Counted from the first letter of the stretch, positions 50,152 to 60,254 are shown. The stretch is DNA of 64,000 nucleotides from Cyanobacteria bacterium auto_48_18 (GCA_036170915.1 JAVHQC010000010.1:169423-233422), one strand, 5' to 3'. Program-made: numbers and translations. The notes: generated by a model from the letters alone, not told the origin.

Positions 50152-50616
50152 ATGGAATCAAGCAGCGATAGCGTCACAATTTCGCTCAATAATGACCCTT
50201 TTGAGTGCGGAGCATCTTTTCGCATTTATGACGGTTCTCAAAACATTGTTTTTGATATCGAAGAGATTAGCGAGAAACTCAATCTCAAACCGACAATGGC
50301 GCATCTGAGAGGACCTAAGCCTCACAATAAGAACCATGTTTATGGAAGCAGCGCATGGCTTTTACATTCGGAAAAATCGGTCAAATCAAGTGAGCCCGGC
50401 AGGCACCTTTCGTGGATTCTAGATCAAATCGCACACGCACACAGTGCCATTAGGGAGTTCAAAATTCGTGGTTTTAAAGTAGAAATCTGGCTGACAATTA
50501 GAATAGGACATTGGAACACGCTAGCTGTTCTTTCGCCAGAAATCATTGCTGCACTTCAACACTTCGATATCCCCCTGCTCATCGACATCTATGATTACCA
50601 AGATCTTGGAGGCTAG
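50152..50616 (+). CDS. DUF4279-like protein
   Basis: ASFRIY..DIEEISEKLNLKPT..SAWLL..LSPEIIAAL..IDIY pattern. Confidence 0.7.
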   Translation: MESSSDSVTISLNNDPFECGASFRIYDGSQNIVFDIEEISEKLNLKPTMAHLRGPKPHNKNHVYGSSAWLLHSEKSVKSSEPGRHLSWILDQIAHAHSAIREFKIRGFKVEIWLTIRIGHWNTLAVLSPEIIAALQHFDIPLLIDIYDYQDLGG

Positions 50617-50704
50617 ATGTGCGCCATAAAATCGCCTCTCGGCTTTTAAAGCATATGCGGGCTTACTCAAGCTCGCACCGCTTCTGATACCACATACCTT
50701 TGCT

Positions 50705-52711
50705 CTACTTCGGCTCAAAAATTACTTGCCGACCCGGGTAGTCGAAGGTCACGGTCTTAAATCGGCGGAAAAAATGATCACCTAATACAATTTCGCTTGC
50801 CATTGAAGGAGCCTGCTCGGCAGAATACACGTCAAAGTAGGGCGCATCAAAATTAGACTTGCCAAGCTTGATACTCTTCAAGCGAACATGATTGGAGTCC
50901 AATCGTCCTATCCACGGGCCCGCTATGTGACCTTTGAAAATGAACTCTGTTTGAATCGGTTTAAGTAACGAGTCAGGCGAAATATTAAAAGGACCTCCGG
51001 TATCTAAAAGTGCTGATACCACAATGCGATCATCTAAAGTGACGCTGCAATAAGGTTTGTGGTCGCGCACTCTCATAGGCAAGATAATGATCGGGTTTAA
51101 ACCGCTTGGCTTTAACGAGCTAGAGAGAATGACCTTCTTGTTTAAATAATCTACCGTGACAATAAAATTCTCAAGAATATTTCCACCGAGGAAACCGCTC
51201 AAAGACTTGTGTCCAACCAAACCGTCATTAACAGCCATCGATACAGTCGGTAGAGTGACAGTGTCTAATTGAATGCTACGAGCAGTAAAGGAGCCGTAGC
51301 TATATCCTGTTCCATTAGCAGTAGCGCCGCGCAACGGAACATTTTCCAATTTACCAATTTGAGGCATTGCTTGTTTCCACAACTCTGAGTGATTGCAACC
51401 CGTATCAAGCATCAGCTCGAGAGCATGGTCGTTAACGCGCGCTGGAACACAAATATGATTTTGATCATCATAGTGAAACGGCAAGACGACGGACTTACTT
51501 TTGAGTTGCTGATCGATATTGTATTTGGGACTATGTTTGCTGTAATGATGCAAAACCACCATGGGATTACAAAGAGACGAGGAGCGTCGTTCACTTGGCG
51601 TCGCGAACCTATCTGCCTGATACCAGGCACTATCTGCCTGACTGATCTTCTCAAGCATCAGATAGTCTCGTCCGAGATTGACCCAATTGAACTGACTTTC
51701 AGCGTCGATACTCGAGATTTTAGTTCGAAACGGAATGGCTTTGTCATAGAGTCCAAGATCTTCGTAAGAGGCGGCAGTGGTGCAGAGAGCGCATAGTGAA
51801 TTAGCGTTCAGCCCTATCGCCTTACTGCAATCTGCCAATGCATTTTGTAGTTGCCCCAATTGATAATATGCATGGCCACGTTGCTCGTATACTTTTGCTA
51901 GCTGCGGACTGATTTGCACTGCCAACGTCAAATCGTCAATCTGCTTTTGATATTGACCAAGGTCACGGTAAGCATCCGCGCGTAACAAATATCCTTGAGG
52001 GGATTGAGGATTAAGCTTAATGGCAGCAGTATAGTCCTCCACCGCCTTGTGAAACTCACCGAGACGAAGGTAGATGAAACCCCGTTCGATAAAAGGCCCA
52101 GACTGCTTTGAGGTCAGGCTCAAAGCTTTGTTGCAGTCTTGTAGAGCTTCTTGATACTTCTTTAAGTGCCTCAAGGCCGTCGCTCGGAACAAATAATATC
52201 TCATGACCTTTGGTTCTAAGGCAATCGCTTTGTTGCACTCCTCGACGTCTTTGTCATAATTTTCTAGGCGCTCATACACCAGGGCCCGCATGCCATAAGG
52301 ATCGGCCAACTTTGGGTCTAAGGCGATCGCTTTATCGCTATCAGCAAGCGCATCCTGATAGCGTTTGACCAAGATATAAATTGCCGCCCTGGTGCAATAT
52401 GCGAGGGCAAATTTTGGGTCAAGAGCTATTGCTGCATGACTGTCAGCAAGCGCCTCGTCATATTTTTCAAGCTTGCCATATGCGAACGAGCGTTCTCGAT
52501 AAGCTTGCGCGTATTTAGGATTTTTTTTGATCAAGGTGTTCAGAGAATCAAGCGCAGCTTGGTCTCGATTTTGACTCAGTAAACCTTGGGCGTTCTCTAG
52601 CAGCTCAGATGGCGTAGGCGGGAAAGGACCGAGTCGGTACATCCACGCAAAAATAACGATTGAGGCAATGAGCACAGCTGCGATTAGTAAGTGGATTTTA
52701 AAACGCACCAA
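50705..52711 (-). CDS. TPR protein with two C-terminal retropepsin-like aspartyl protease domains
   Basis: About ten TPRs; LMLDTG, GFLGGNIL, ALLDTG, IVLGDHFF. Confidence 0.9.
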   Translation of the reverse strand: MVRFKIHLLIAAVLIASIVIFAWMYRLGPFPPTPSELLENAQGLLSQNRDQAALDSLNTLIKKNPKYAQAYRERSFAYGKLEKYDEALADSHAAIALDPKFALAYCTRAAIYILVKRYQDALADSDKAIALDPKLADPYGMRALVYERLENYDKDVEECNKAIALEPKVMRYYLFRATALRHLKKYQEALQDCNKALSLTSKQSGPFIERGFIYLRLGEFHKAVEDYTAAIKLNPQSPQGYLLRADAYRDLGQYQKQIDDLTLAVQISPQLAKVYEQRGHAYYQLGQLQNALADCSKAIGLNANSLCALCTTAASYEDLGLYDKAIPFRTKISSIDAESQFNWVNLGRDYLMLEKISQADSAWYQADRFATPSERRSSSLCNPMVVLHHYSKHSPKYNIDQQLKSKSVVLPFHYDDQNHICVPARVNDHALELMLDTGCNHSELWKQAMPQIGKLENVPLRGATANGTGYSYGSFTARSIQLDTVTLPTVSMAVNDGLVGHKSLSGFLGGNILENFIVTVDYLNKKVILSSSLKPSGLNPIIILPMRVRDHKPYCSVTLDDRIVVSALLDTGGPFNISPDSLLKPIQTEFIFKGHIAGPWIGRLDSNHVRLKSIKLGKSNFDAPYFDVYSAEQAPSMASEIVLGDHFFRRFKTVTFDYPGRQVIFEPK

Positions 52712-52802
52712 GACTCACCTTGTCAGTTGCCACAGTTTTGATGTCATTGGTTAGCACGAAAAATTGGCTCATTAACACCGAAACAACGACGAGTAGCAAC
52801 CG

Positions 52803-53237
52803 CTACATCTGCTGAGACTCTGCTGAAACGCCACCATCGCAGGTATAGTCGAAAGCAAACGCTACATTGATTGTTTCTGGAGCACCTGGCGGCAGGGGCC
52901 GAAATGGCGCTGCATTCTCCACCGCTTTCATCGCTGCATTATCTACAATTGCCAAACCACAAGATTGCTGTAGTTTCAAGTTACTCAGGCTTCCATCTCG
53001 TGAAACGATGAAAACAAGTCTTACTTTTTTGCTTTCAGTTCCTTTTGGAGGAAACCAAGCTCTTTTAATACGCTTGCATAAGTCTGCCATATACAGCTTA
53101 TGAACAATCTCTTTCGACAAAGTAATTGGGGGTTTGGCTGAGGGTTCAGCTGAAATTGGCAAAGAACAGCAGAGCCCGCAGAGCACTGTCAATGCAGAAA
53201 CTCTTGCCGTTTGCCAAACTAGATTTTTGACCTTCAT
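52803..53237 (-). CDS. TonB/TolA C-terminal domain protein
   Basis: RIKRAWFPP, SCGLAIVDNAAMKAVENAAPFRPLP. Confidence 0.88.
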   Translation of the reverse strand: MKVKNLVWQTARVSALTVLCGLCCSLPISAEPSAKPPITLSKEIVHKLYMADLCKRIKRAWFPPKGTESKKVRLVFIVSRDGSLSNLKLQQSCGLAIVDNAAMKAVENAAPFRPLPPGAPETINVAFAFDYTCDGGVSAESQQM

Positions 53238-53249
53238 CGAAATAACCTC

Positions 53250-54293
53250 TTATTCATCCGCACTATATGTGGTGCTAAACGCTTGAAGTAATGGGAACAT
53301 TGCTAGCAGACCAATTAGACTTAAAATGCCAAACATGGAGCAAAACAATGAGGCCATTTGCAGGTCAGACAGAGCTCCGACAATATCACCCATCAAAAAG
53401 CGCACATCAGCCCTATGCCTGGCAGCCCACCTGTCAGAAGGGTCGATGTTCAGCGCCTGGTCAAAGTCTGCGAGCGCGCTTTTCATATCGCCCATTTCTA
53501 AATGCAACAGGCCTCGATTGCCATAGGCCATACCAAATTGATTATCAAGCTTAAGGGCCATATTATAATCTTCTAGCGCTGCCGCTTTGTTCCTGTCGGC
53601 TAACCATGTGGCTCTTACGTTGTAACTCGACGAAGAAGTTGGACTAATCTTGATGGCTCGATTAAAATCATTCATAGCTAAATCGTAGTGTCCAGAAAAC
53701 GCAAGCGCTCGACCGCGAATGATATAAGACCAGGTGTCCTTCGGGGAAAGGCGAATCGCGATATCACAATCCGACACCGCTTCTCGAAACTTTTCAAGCT
53801 CAAGATAAATCTCCGCGCGCTTGCGGAAATCGTAAAAAAGATGCTGGCTTGGGGATTTGCTTTTAATAGCAATCACGCGACTTAAATCATCAATGGCCCC
53901 GGCCTTGTCAGACAATTTCAGTTTGGTATTCGCTCGCGAGTGAAGATCGAATGTGTCCTCAGGAGTTCGTTTTAAAACTTCGTTGTAGTCCAGTAGCGCA
54001 CTTTTGTAATCGCCTAAATCGAAATAATTGTCACCTCTACAAGAGATTGCTGTGACCAAGCTCGGGTCAAGCCTGATTGCCTCAGAGTAGTCCTGTACAG
54101 CATGGCGATAATCGCGGCACCCAGTCCAAAAATCGCCCCGGCGGGCCCAGTCATATGCGGTCTTTTGCGCAAGAGGCAGTTCTGTAGACTGCGGATTGTG
54201 AGGCCCACATGAATGAGTAGCCCAGGCAGCAGCAAATGAGCTGAGCGCCACGGCCGTTATCAAAACTGCAATTCTGGTGTGAAGGGTCGGCAT
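53250..54293 (-). CDS. TPR protein
   Basis: Repeated A..DY..AI.L.P and AYGNRG units. Confidence 0.92.
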   Translation of the reverse strand: MPTLHTRIAVLITAVALSSFAAAWATHSCGPHNPQSTELPLAQKTAYDWARRGDFWTGCRDYRHAVQDYSEAIRLDPSLVTAISCRGDNYFDLGDYKSALLDYNEVLKRTPEDTFDLHSRANTKLKLSDKAGAIDDLSRVIAIKSKSPSQHLFYDFRKRAEIYLELEKFREAVSDCDIAIRLSPKDTWSYIIRGRALAFSGHYDLAMNDFNRAIKISPTSSSSYNVRATWLADRNKAAALEDYNMALKLDNQFGMAYGNRGLLHLEMGDMKSALADFDQALNIDPSDRWAARHRADVRFLMGDIVGALSDLQMASLFCSMFGILSLIGLLAMFPLLQAFSTTYSADE

Positions 54294-54460
54294 TCTATGA
54301 TCATACCCACTGAAGACCGCAGTGGTAATGGTGATTACCTCACTGCGCGGAGGGTCAATTCGTCCCGGACGTTCTCCTGGTTATAGCCATGGTGCATTGT
54401 AATTTCGGTGAAACGGCCCAGATGCATCTAGAATAGACGCATACCAATCGGAGCCATGGC

Positions 54461-55804
54461 TTGCCTGAACTGTCCTCTACCGCCAACGAGACGAAACCAA
54501 TACCGCCACTGCCCATACGCTTTTTGGTCTGGACCGCAGTTGCTTGGTATCCAATCTTATGGTTGTTCATTCTATGTGCTGTAACCATTCCTGCGCTTAA
54601 CGAACAAGATATACGGCCCTTGGTTTCAACAATGATCACGGGCGGAGCTTGTTCGATTGTGGTTTTGTTTGCGGCTTGCTTCTATGCGAGCCACTGGTTC
54701 AGAAAAAGATCGCCAATCATCATTTTGTCGTGGGTGATCATGATGTTCAGCTGCTTTACGACGGAAGGCGCACTTACAAATGCAATCATTAACGCAAACC
54801 ACAGCGTCCACGAACAGTTGGTGCGACTCAGAGAACCATCAATAGCCGAGGTGCCGGTCAGCAGTAACAACTCAACGGCTGGTTTATGGGGATACATTGA
54901 TCGCACTGGAGCATTTGTCCTACAACCTCAATGGGTGGAAGCAGGAAACTTTTGCAGCAGTGAGGCAAAAGTTTTAAAAGATGGTACTCGGTATTACATT
55001 GACCGCAATGGCAAAACCGTCCCGGAGCATAAACTCTCCGCTTGCGCATGCGGTGATGAGGACAGAGTGATCAAGTTCGAGAAAGATATTTTTGATGCAA
55101 GTGGACACAAATTGATTGCCGCCAAGGGAAAAAACATCACTGTTTATAAGTTCTCGGATGGCATGGCTCTATTTTCTATGCCGATGCGCATGATACAGCG
55201 CTATTATCCTGAGCACTTTTTTGAGTATCGAGTCATGATACCGATGACGAAAGAAGAAATTGAGCCGTCAAAAAAATGGGGTCAATATGGTTACATAGAT
55301 ACGCGGGGCCGAATAATAATCGAGCCAAAGTACTATCGCGCCGAATCTTTTAAAAATGGCCTGGCGAAAGTACCACTCGATACGGCGCACGGTGGGCTTC
55401 AGAGCGGCTTTATAGATAAAAATGATCAACCACTTACAGGTGCGCTCTTCTCAGAAGTAGAGCCTTTTACAGAAGGAATTTCAGTTGTAAAAAAATTGAA
55501 CGGCATGCAGTGTCTAATAGATCGCTCTGGTCGATTAATCGCAGACAACTTACAAGATGCAAAAAATATTTCTAACGGATCGATTGTTGTGAAGCAGTTC
55601 TTCAATTGGTTTCTTATGGACACAGCAGGGAATCTACTAAAGCGGCTCGACTACGATGATATTGAGTATTTTCACGAGGGCTTAGCCGTGGTAGCGAAAG
55701 GAAACACGAAAGGCTACATTGATACAGCTGGCGAGCTGGTTATTCCTCTGAAATTCATGGACGCCAGCCGCTTTTCTAAAGGTTTGGCTGCCGTCCAAAA
55801 CTAA
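54461..55804 (+). CDS. Membrane-anchored WG-repeat protein
   Basis: Three TM helices, then WGYIDRTG, YGYIDTRG, FHEGLAVV, KGYIDTAG repeats. Confidence 0.88.
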   Translation: MPELSSTANETKPIPPLPIRFLVWTAVAWYPILWLFILCAVTIPALNEQDIRPLVSTMITGGACSIVVLFAACFYASHWFRKRSPIIILSWVIMMFSCFTTEGALTNAIINANHSVHEQLVRLREPSIAEVPVSSNNSTAGLWGYIDRTGAFVLQPQWVEAGNFCSSEAKVLKDGTRYYIDRNGKTVPEHKLSACACGDEDRVIKFEKDIFDASGHKLIAAKGKNITVYKFSDGMALFSMPMRMIQRYYPEHFFEYRVMIPMTKEEIEPSKKWGQYGYIDTRGRIIIEPKYYRAESFKNGLAKVPLDTAHGGLQSGFIDKNDQPLTGALFSEVEPFTEGISVVKKLNGMQCLIDRSGRLIADNLQDAKNISNGSIVVKQFFNWFLMDTAGNLLKRLDYDDIEYFHEGLAVVAKGNTKGYIDTAGELVIPLKFMDASRFSKGLAAVQN

Positions 55805-55889
55805 CCACACCGGAAAGTAAGTAATCGCCCCAGCATATCTGCGCCGTGCACTGGTTGTAGTTACGCTTGAGAAAATCACTACCAGACAT

Positions 55890-55929
55890 CATGGCAATCT
55901 TTGACAGTTATTGCCATGGCTCATAGAAT
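55890..55929 (+). promoter_or_regulatory. parD sigma70 promoter with operator inverted repeat
   Basis: TTGACA-N17-TAGAAT; CATGGCAAT...ATTGCCATG flanks the -35; same at 59889-59927. Confidence 0.85.
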
Positions 55930-55956
55930 TGGTTTAGCGGAAAGAGGTACTTGCTG

Positions 55957-56217
55957 ATGACTATGAATGTATCGTTGACACCTGAATTAGAAGGCTTTGT
56001 CACTGAAAAGGTCAAATCAGGGCTCTACAATTCTGCCAGCGAAGTTATAAGAGAAAGCCTAAGACTGTTGCGCCGTCAGGACGAGCTGGAACAACTTCAA
56101 TTGGCTCAACTAAGACGAGAAGTACAAGCCAGTATCAAGCAAATGGACGCTGGCAAAGGCATTCCACTTGCGACGGTTCGAGAAAATATCCAGCAACGCC
56201 GAAGTAAAAAGCGCTAA
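55957..56217 (+). CDS. parD: ParD-family RHH antitoxin, orphan copy
   Basis: MNVSLTPELEGFV..KVKSGLYNSASEVIRESLRLL. Confidence 0.92.
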   Translation: MTMNVSLTPELEGFVTEKVKSGLYNSASEVIRESLRLLRRQDELEQLQLAQLRREVQASIKQMDAGKGIPLATVRENIQQRRSKKR

Positions 56218-56502
56218 GAGGTGCAGCTGTTCGTGCGCTTACGTCGATGCCAAAGAATTTCACCAAGGCCTGGCCGTCGTAAAGCCCGGTAAAGAGTGGT
56301 GATAAAGGGTCGGTGATTGCCGCCGGGGTGAAGGCCTAGGCAAACTGTTTTTAAGGCTTCACCAGAATATAAAGACAGCACCAGCTGCGATACCACTAAT
56401 ATTCTACCGACCAGGACAGAAACTCAAGGGCATAATAATTCGCGACGCGAAAAATTTATGTTAGCCACGAACGCATGCAAATGTTCAACCTTTGCAGGAC
56501 GC

Positions 56503-56703
56503 CTATCGGGCAGTTTCCTCACCCTTTAAGGGGAGCCATGGACTTTGACAAGGCCGTCCAACTTCTAGCGCTATCTGACTAGCTAAATGCTGAAGTTTTA
56601 TGAGCATCTTAACCTTCTCTTCTGGAGATAATGATGCTAATCCCTGACGGCGGTCGAATTTTCGCCGATAAATAGCTTCTTTAGTGGTAAGGCTTTCGTT
56701 CAT
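56503..56703 (-). CDS. Small helical partner of the nucleotidyltransferase
   Basis: RRQGLASLSPEEKVKMLIKLQ; ATGA overlap with the upstream gene. Confidence 0.7.
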   Translation of the reverse strand: MNESLTTKEAIYRRKFDRRQGLASLSPEEKVKMLIKLQHLASQIALEVGRPCQSPWLPLKGEETAR

Positions 56704-57236
56704 GTTGTCATCTTACGCCATTTGTCTTCCAAGCAGTGCCGTTTAAGAATTTCGGTCAACTTTGACTCATCAGCGGGCTTAGAGTCTAATGATACCTGCA
56801 AACGCGCACGGTCTTTCGGTCGCCCAGTCTCTGCCATAATCGCCAGCAGATGCTCATATTGGAAAACTCGGGTAGGTACACCCGCAAAGGTTCTTTCGAC
56901 TGCACCATCAAGCGCCTCATCAACGAGAGAGCCCGTCGATGGTAAAAACTGAACAGGAACTCCTTCGATTTTAATATGTTCTGATTCAGCTTTATAGCCC
57001 CGCGCCGAAGTCCATTCAAAAAGTGGCTGCAAGTTTATCAGCAGCCCCTGTGAGGGTAAATGACAGAAAATATCTAAATCAAAGGTCAATGTAGGTTCGG
57101 TGTAAAACAACAGCGCCACCGCTCCACCAATGGCATAGCGTCCAATGATACCGCCCTGCTCAAGCTCATTTATTACTCGCAAGGCCTTATCCAGAACAAA
57201 ATCGTTTGAGTCAGAACTTTCACAAGATTCCGGCAT
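56700..57236 (-). CDS. DNA pol-beta superfamily nucleotidyltransferase
   Basis: YAIGGAVA, TFDLDIF, GRPKDRAR. Confidence 0.8.
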   Translation of the reverse strand: MPESCESSDSNDFVLDKALRVINELEQGGIIGRYAIGGAVALLFYTEPTLTFDLDIFCHLPSQGLLINLQPLFEWTSARGYKAESEHIKIEGVPVQFLPSTGSLVDEALDGAVERTFAGVPTRVFQYEHLLAIMAETGRPKDRARLQVSLDSKPADESKLTEILKRHCLEDKWRKMTT

Positions 57237-57495
57237 CTTCCACCCATTTATCACTAACTCGTAGAATATATTAACAAGTGTATCCACACTCACAGTCTTT
57301 AAGGGATCGACGAATGATCGTTAGCCATGTTTACCACTTCCTTTCCTGGGTGTGTACTGTTCTCCCCCCAGTAGCCTACTGTGCCATATTTTGGCAATTA
57401 ATTCGCTTCGAAAACTTTGCTAGAACTCGGATAAAATAACCCATGGTAGATTCATCTCGGCCCAAATGACACGACAGAAAAGTCGATTCTTTTTT

Positions 57496-58167
57496 TTATT
57501 CCCACTCGCAGCGCGGTGGATTGCATCTAAAGCGCAAATATTTCTTCTGACCGGGACGCTTTGCATAAAAACCCCACTGGCCGCAAATCTGGCTATTAAA
57601 TAAGTCCTCGGCGCTCTCACATTGCAAAAGATTTTTTTCCACAGCACGAACCAGAAACTGACAAGTCCTTACTATTTGCAGCTGAGGGCACAGGGCCTTA
57701 ACTAGCTCAACTCCGGCCTGGTCATCAATAAGTAGACTCCACTGACGAGAAATCGCAACAGCAATTGTCTCTGCCTCGCCAGGATCTAGACCCGTTAAAC
57801 GTTTACTGCCAGGACAACTCCTCCAAATATTTCCATTTCTATACGATAAGGCTAAGCGTTCTTCATCTGCGGTCAGGGCCACACTTCTCCAAAGAGTTTC
57901 ACGCCCAGCAATGAATGTTTCTAGCGGCAATTCTGCATTCTTATACTTACTATTCTGCTGTTGTCTAGCTACAAATAATGGCCTCAAGATTTCGGACTGC
58001 GGTTGTTCCAGTAGGAATTCAGCACCGAGTGGCTCCTCCGGATCGAGAACCACCGGTGTCAAATACACAGGCGCACGCAATGCCTTTTGAAGAAGAACTG
58101 CATTTCCAGTAAATACAAAATTGCTCAAAAAGCTTGTATCAGCTAGACACGGTATTGTGATCACCAT
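57496..58167 (-). CDS. PIN-domain protein (putative toxin)
   Basis: ADTSFLSNF, LDPGEAETIAVA, LLIDDQAG acidic tetrad. Confidence 0.8.
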   Translation of the reverse strand: MVITIPCLADTSFLSNFVFTGNAVLLQKALRAPVYLTPVVLDPEEPLGAEFLLEQPQSEILRPLFVARQQQNSKYKNAELPLETFIAGRETLWRSVALTADEERLALSYRNGNIWRSCPGSKRLTGLDPGEAETIAVAISRQWSLLIDDQAGVELVKALCPQLQIVRTCQFLVRAVEKNLLQCESAEDLFNSQICGQWGFYAKRPGQKKYLRFRCNPPRCEWE

Positions 58168-58168
58168 C

Positions 58169-59356
58169 TTAGCTACCGTAGGTTTTTGAAAACTCGCGGG
58201 ATTCTTTTAACTCGCTCGCGTCGGCATTTTGCGGGCCTTCGAGAAGCTCATTTTGGATGGTCATGGCATCAAGCCGCAAAAGCGAGGCTGCCTGCCCGAC
58301 AGACAATACATCATCTTCGATCAGCTCTCGGACACGTTTTAAAATTGATGCAGGATATCTAGACAAATACGGTGCATCATCGATGCGATTTTGAAACATC
58401 ACAGAGTCGAGTCCTATGTTTTTGGCCAAAGAACGAGGACTAAGCTTTTGCCAGTTATCTCGTTGCTCTAAATTGATATGTCGATCGAAATGTAATCGAT
58501 TAAGCATAAATGCGTAGCTAACCTTGAAATAACTTGCCAGCTGTAAGGCATCATATTCGGTGATGCAATTAAGCAATCCTAAGGCTTCAATAAATTGCTT
58601 GAGGCCCTTACTTGGCACGAGCAAGTTTGCAGCGAAGGCATCTGCAAACTGTTCACGAGATGAGGTTTCTCCCGAGATGCTCACGATACATTCGTTGGCA
58701 CCATAATGAAAAAGTGCGTGACCAAATTCGTGTGCCAGAGTAAACATCTGCCGTCCGTGAGAAGTCTGTGCATTAATCAGAATGCAATATCCTAATACTG
58801 GATGATTGTAAAAGGCACCAGAAATACCTTCGGCACTTATATCACCAAGGGAAGCTTTGCACACTAAAATATTTTGCTCATCAAGGAATGCGAATAAATC
58901 GGGAAGCGCGAAGTTACCCAATTCATAGAATTCGCGCACCTCGGCGCTTACTTTAGTAACGCTACGAATATCAGAAAAATCCGGGCCGCGATCGATTCTC
59001 TTTGGCGGTTGTTTCTGCATCCTCTTAGAAGGATCGGCGAGCTTAGTCCATTGATCTAAAAATGACAGCCAGTGATTGACCTCCATTTGAATAGCCGGAT
59101 CTTTAGATTCGATACCACGAAGTAGAACTTTGGCTTTACTAACATCTCCTTGAGTCTCAGATTTTTCGCCAAGCAATAGTTCAACTTCGGTGTTGAAGAG
59201 CTGTGCAATGTCCTCAAGCTGTTTCAGATTCGGACGTCTCGACCCGTTTTCCCACATTGAAATAAGCTCGCGCGGAACTTTGAGCGCAACTGCAACCTGA
59301 TGTTGGGTCCAGTCGCGGTCTTTCCTATATTTCTGCAAGCAATTACTCAAATTCAT
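58169..59356 (-). CDS. XRE HTH + ImmA/IrrE (M78) metallopeptidase
   Basis: WTQHQVA..ISMWENGSRRP; RQMFTLAHEFGH; EQFADAFAANLLVP. Confidence 0.93.
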   Translation of the reverse strand: MNLSNCLQKYRKDRDWTQHQVAVALKVPRELISMWENGSRRPNLKQLEDIAQLFNTEVELLLGEKSETQGDVSKAKVLLRGIESKDPAIQMEVNHWLSFLDQWTKLADPSKRMQKQPPKRIDRGPDFSDIRSVTKVSAEVREFYELGNFALPDLFAFLDEQNILVCKASLGDISAEGISGAFYNHPVLGYCILINAQTSHGRQMFTLAHEFGHALFHYGANECIVSISGETSSREQFADAFAANLLVPSKGLKQFIEALGLLNCITEYDALQLASYFKVSYAFMLNRLHFDRHINLEQRDNWQKLSPRSLAKNIGLDSVMFQNRIDDAPYLSRYPASILKRVRELIEDDVLSVGQAASLLRLDAMTIQNELLEGPQNADASELKESREFSKTYGS

Positions 59357-59693
59357 AAAGAACTCTCCAACAAATTACGACTTCACCAAACCCAATCGAG
59401 ACGTTCCGCGTATGGATTGTATATCAAAATCACGTAAATGGTCAATAGATGAAGTATTTAGCGGAAAGTGTTACCAAAATATCTTACATTCTGGCATGAA
59501 GGTGTTACATTCAATTAGAGGGTATCAAGCCAGTCGGGCCAAGCCAAACATGACTTATGTTCTAGTCGATGCCACTAAACATAAATCAGGCAAATAGTGC
59601 GCGCAATTAAGCGGCACAGGGCTTAGGTGCAAACTGCCACTTAATTGTTTACTCTTCACTTATTGCTCGAGGTAACTTGTTTACGAAAAAGAG

Positions 59694-59728
59694 AAAAAGC
59701 ACCGGCACTAATTGGCTGGTGCTTTTTT
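59694..59728 (+). terminator. Intrinsic terminator-like hairpin in an intergenic region
   Basis: AAAAAGCACCGGC-actaattg-GCTGGTGCTTTTTT. Confidence 0.7.
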
Positions 59729-59954
59729 GTGCGGTGTTTAGAGCAAGGAGGGCAATTGACTCGTACCAATGCTCAAGGAAAATATCTCCAATTGGCAGGA
59801 AACAAGCCAAAGCAAGTAATCGTCGCAGCATATCTGCGCTGTGCAACTGGTTGTAGTTGCGCTTAAGAAAATCACTACCAGCTAACTTATGGCAATCTTT
59901 GACAATTATTGCCATGGTTTATAGAATTGGTTTAGTGGAAAGAGGTACTTGCTC

Positions 59955-60215
59955 ATGACTATGAATGTATCGTTGACACCTGAATTGGAGGGCTTTGTCA
60001 CTGAAAAGGTCAAATCAGGGCTCTACAATTCTGCCAGCGAAGTTATAAGAGAAAGCCTAAGACTGTTGCGCCGTCAGGACGAGCTGGAACAACTTCAATT
60101 GGCTCAACTAAGACGAGAAGTACAAGCCAGTATCAAGCAAATGGACGCTGGCAAAGGCATTCCACTTGCGACGGTTCGCAAAAACATCCAGCAACGCCGA
60201 AGCAAAAAGCGCTAA
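59955..60215 (+). CDS. parD: ParD-family RHH antitoxin, copy 2
   Basis: As copy 1. Confidence 0.92.
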   Translation: MTMNVSLTPELEGFVTEKVKSGLYNSASEVIRESLRLLRRQDELEQLQLAQLRREVQASIKQMDAGKGIPLATVRKNIQQRRSKKR

Positions 60216-60254
60216 GAGGCGCAGCTTTAGTCATCGCTTCAATGATCTATCCCC

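Larger units (their letters stand above)
55814..56228 (+). repeat. ~415-bp direct repeat, copy 1 (promoter + parD); copy 2 at 59809-60226
   Basis: Near-identical DNA; the two proteins differ at one residue (E/K). Confidence 0.95.

Noticed and set aside
59399..59428. AGACG-N12-ATTGTATATCAAA upstream of the ImmA gene as a degenerate motif copy
   Set aside because: Spacer is 12 nt and only 9 of 13 arm bases match, losing GAACTT; worth rescoring with a weight matrix
59604..59647. c-di-GMP-I riboswitch, from GCACAGGGC
   Set aside because: The downstream GNRA-loop and P2 elements are absent
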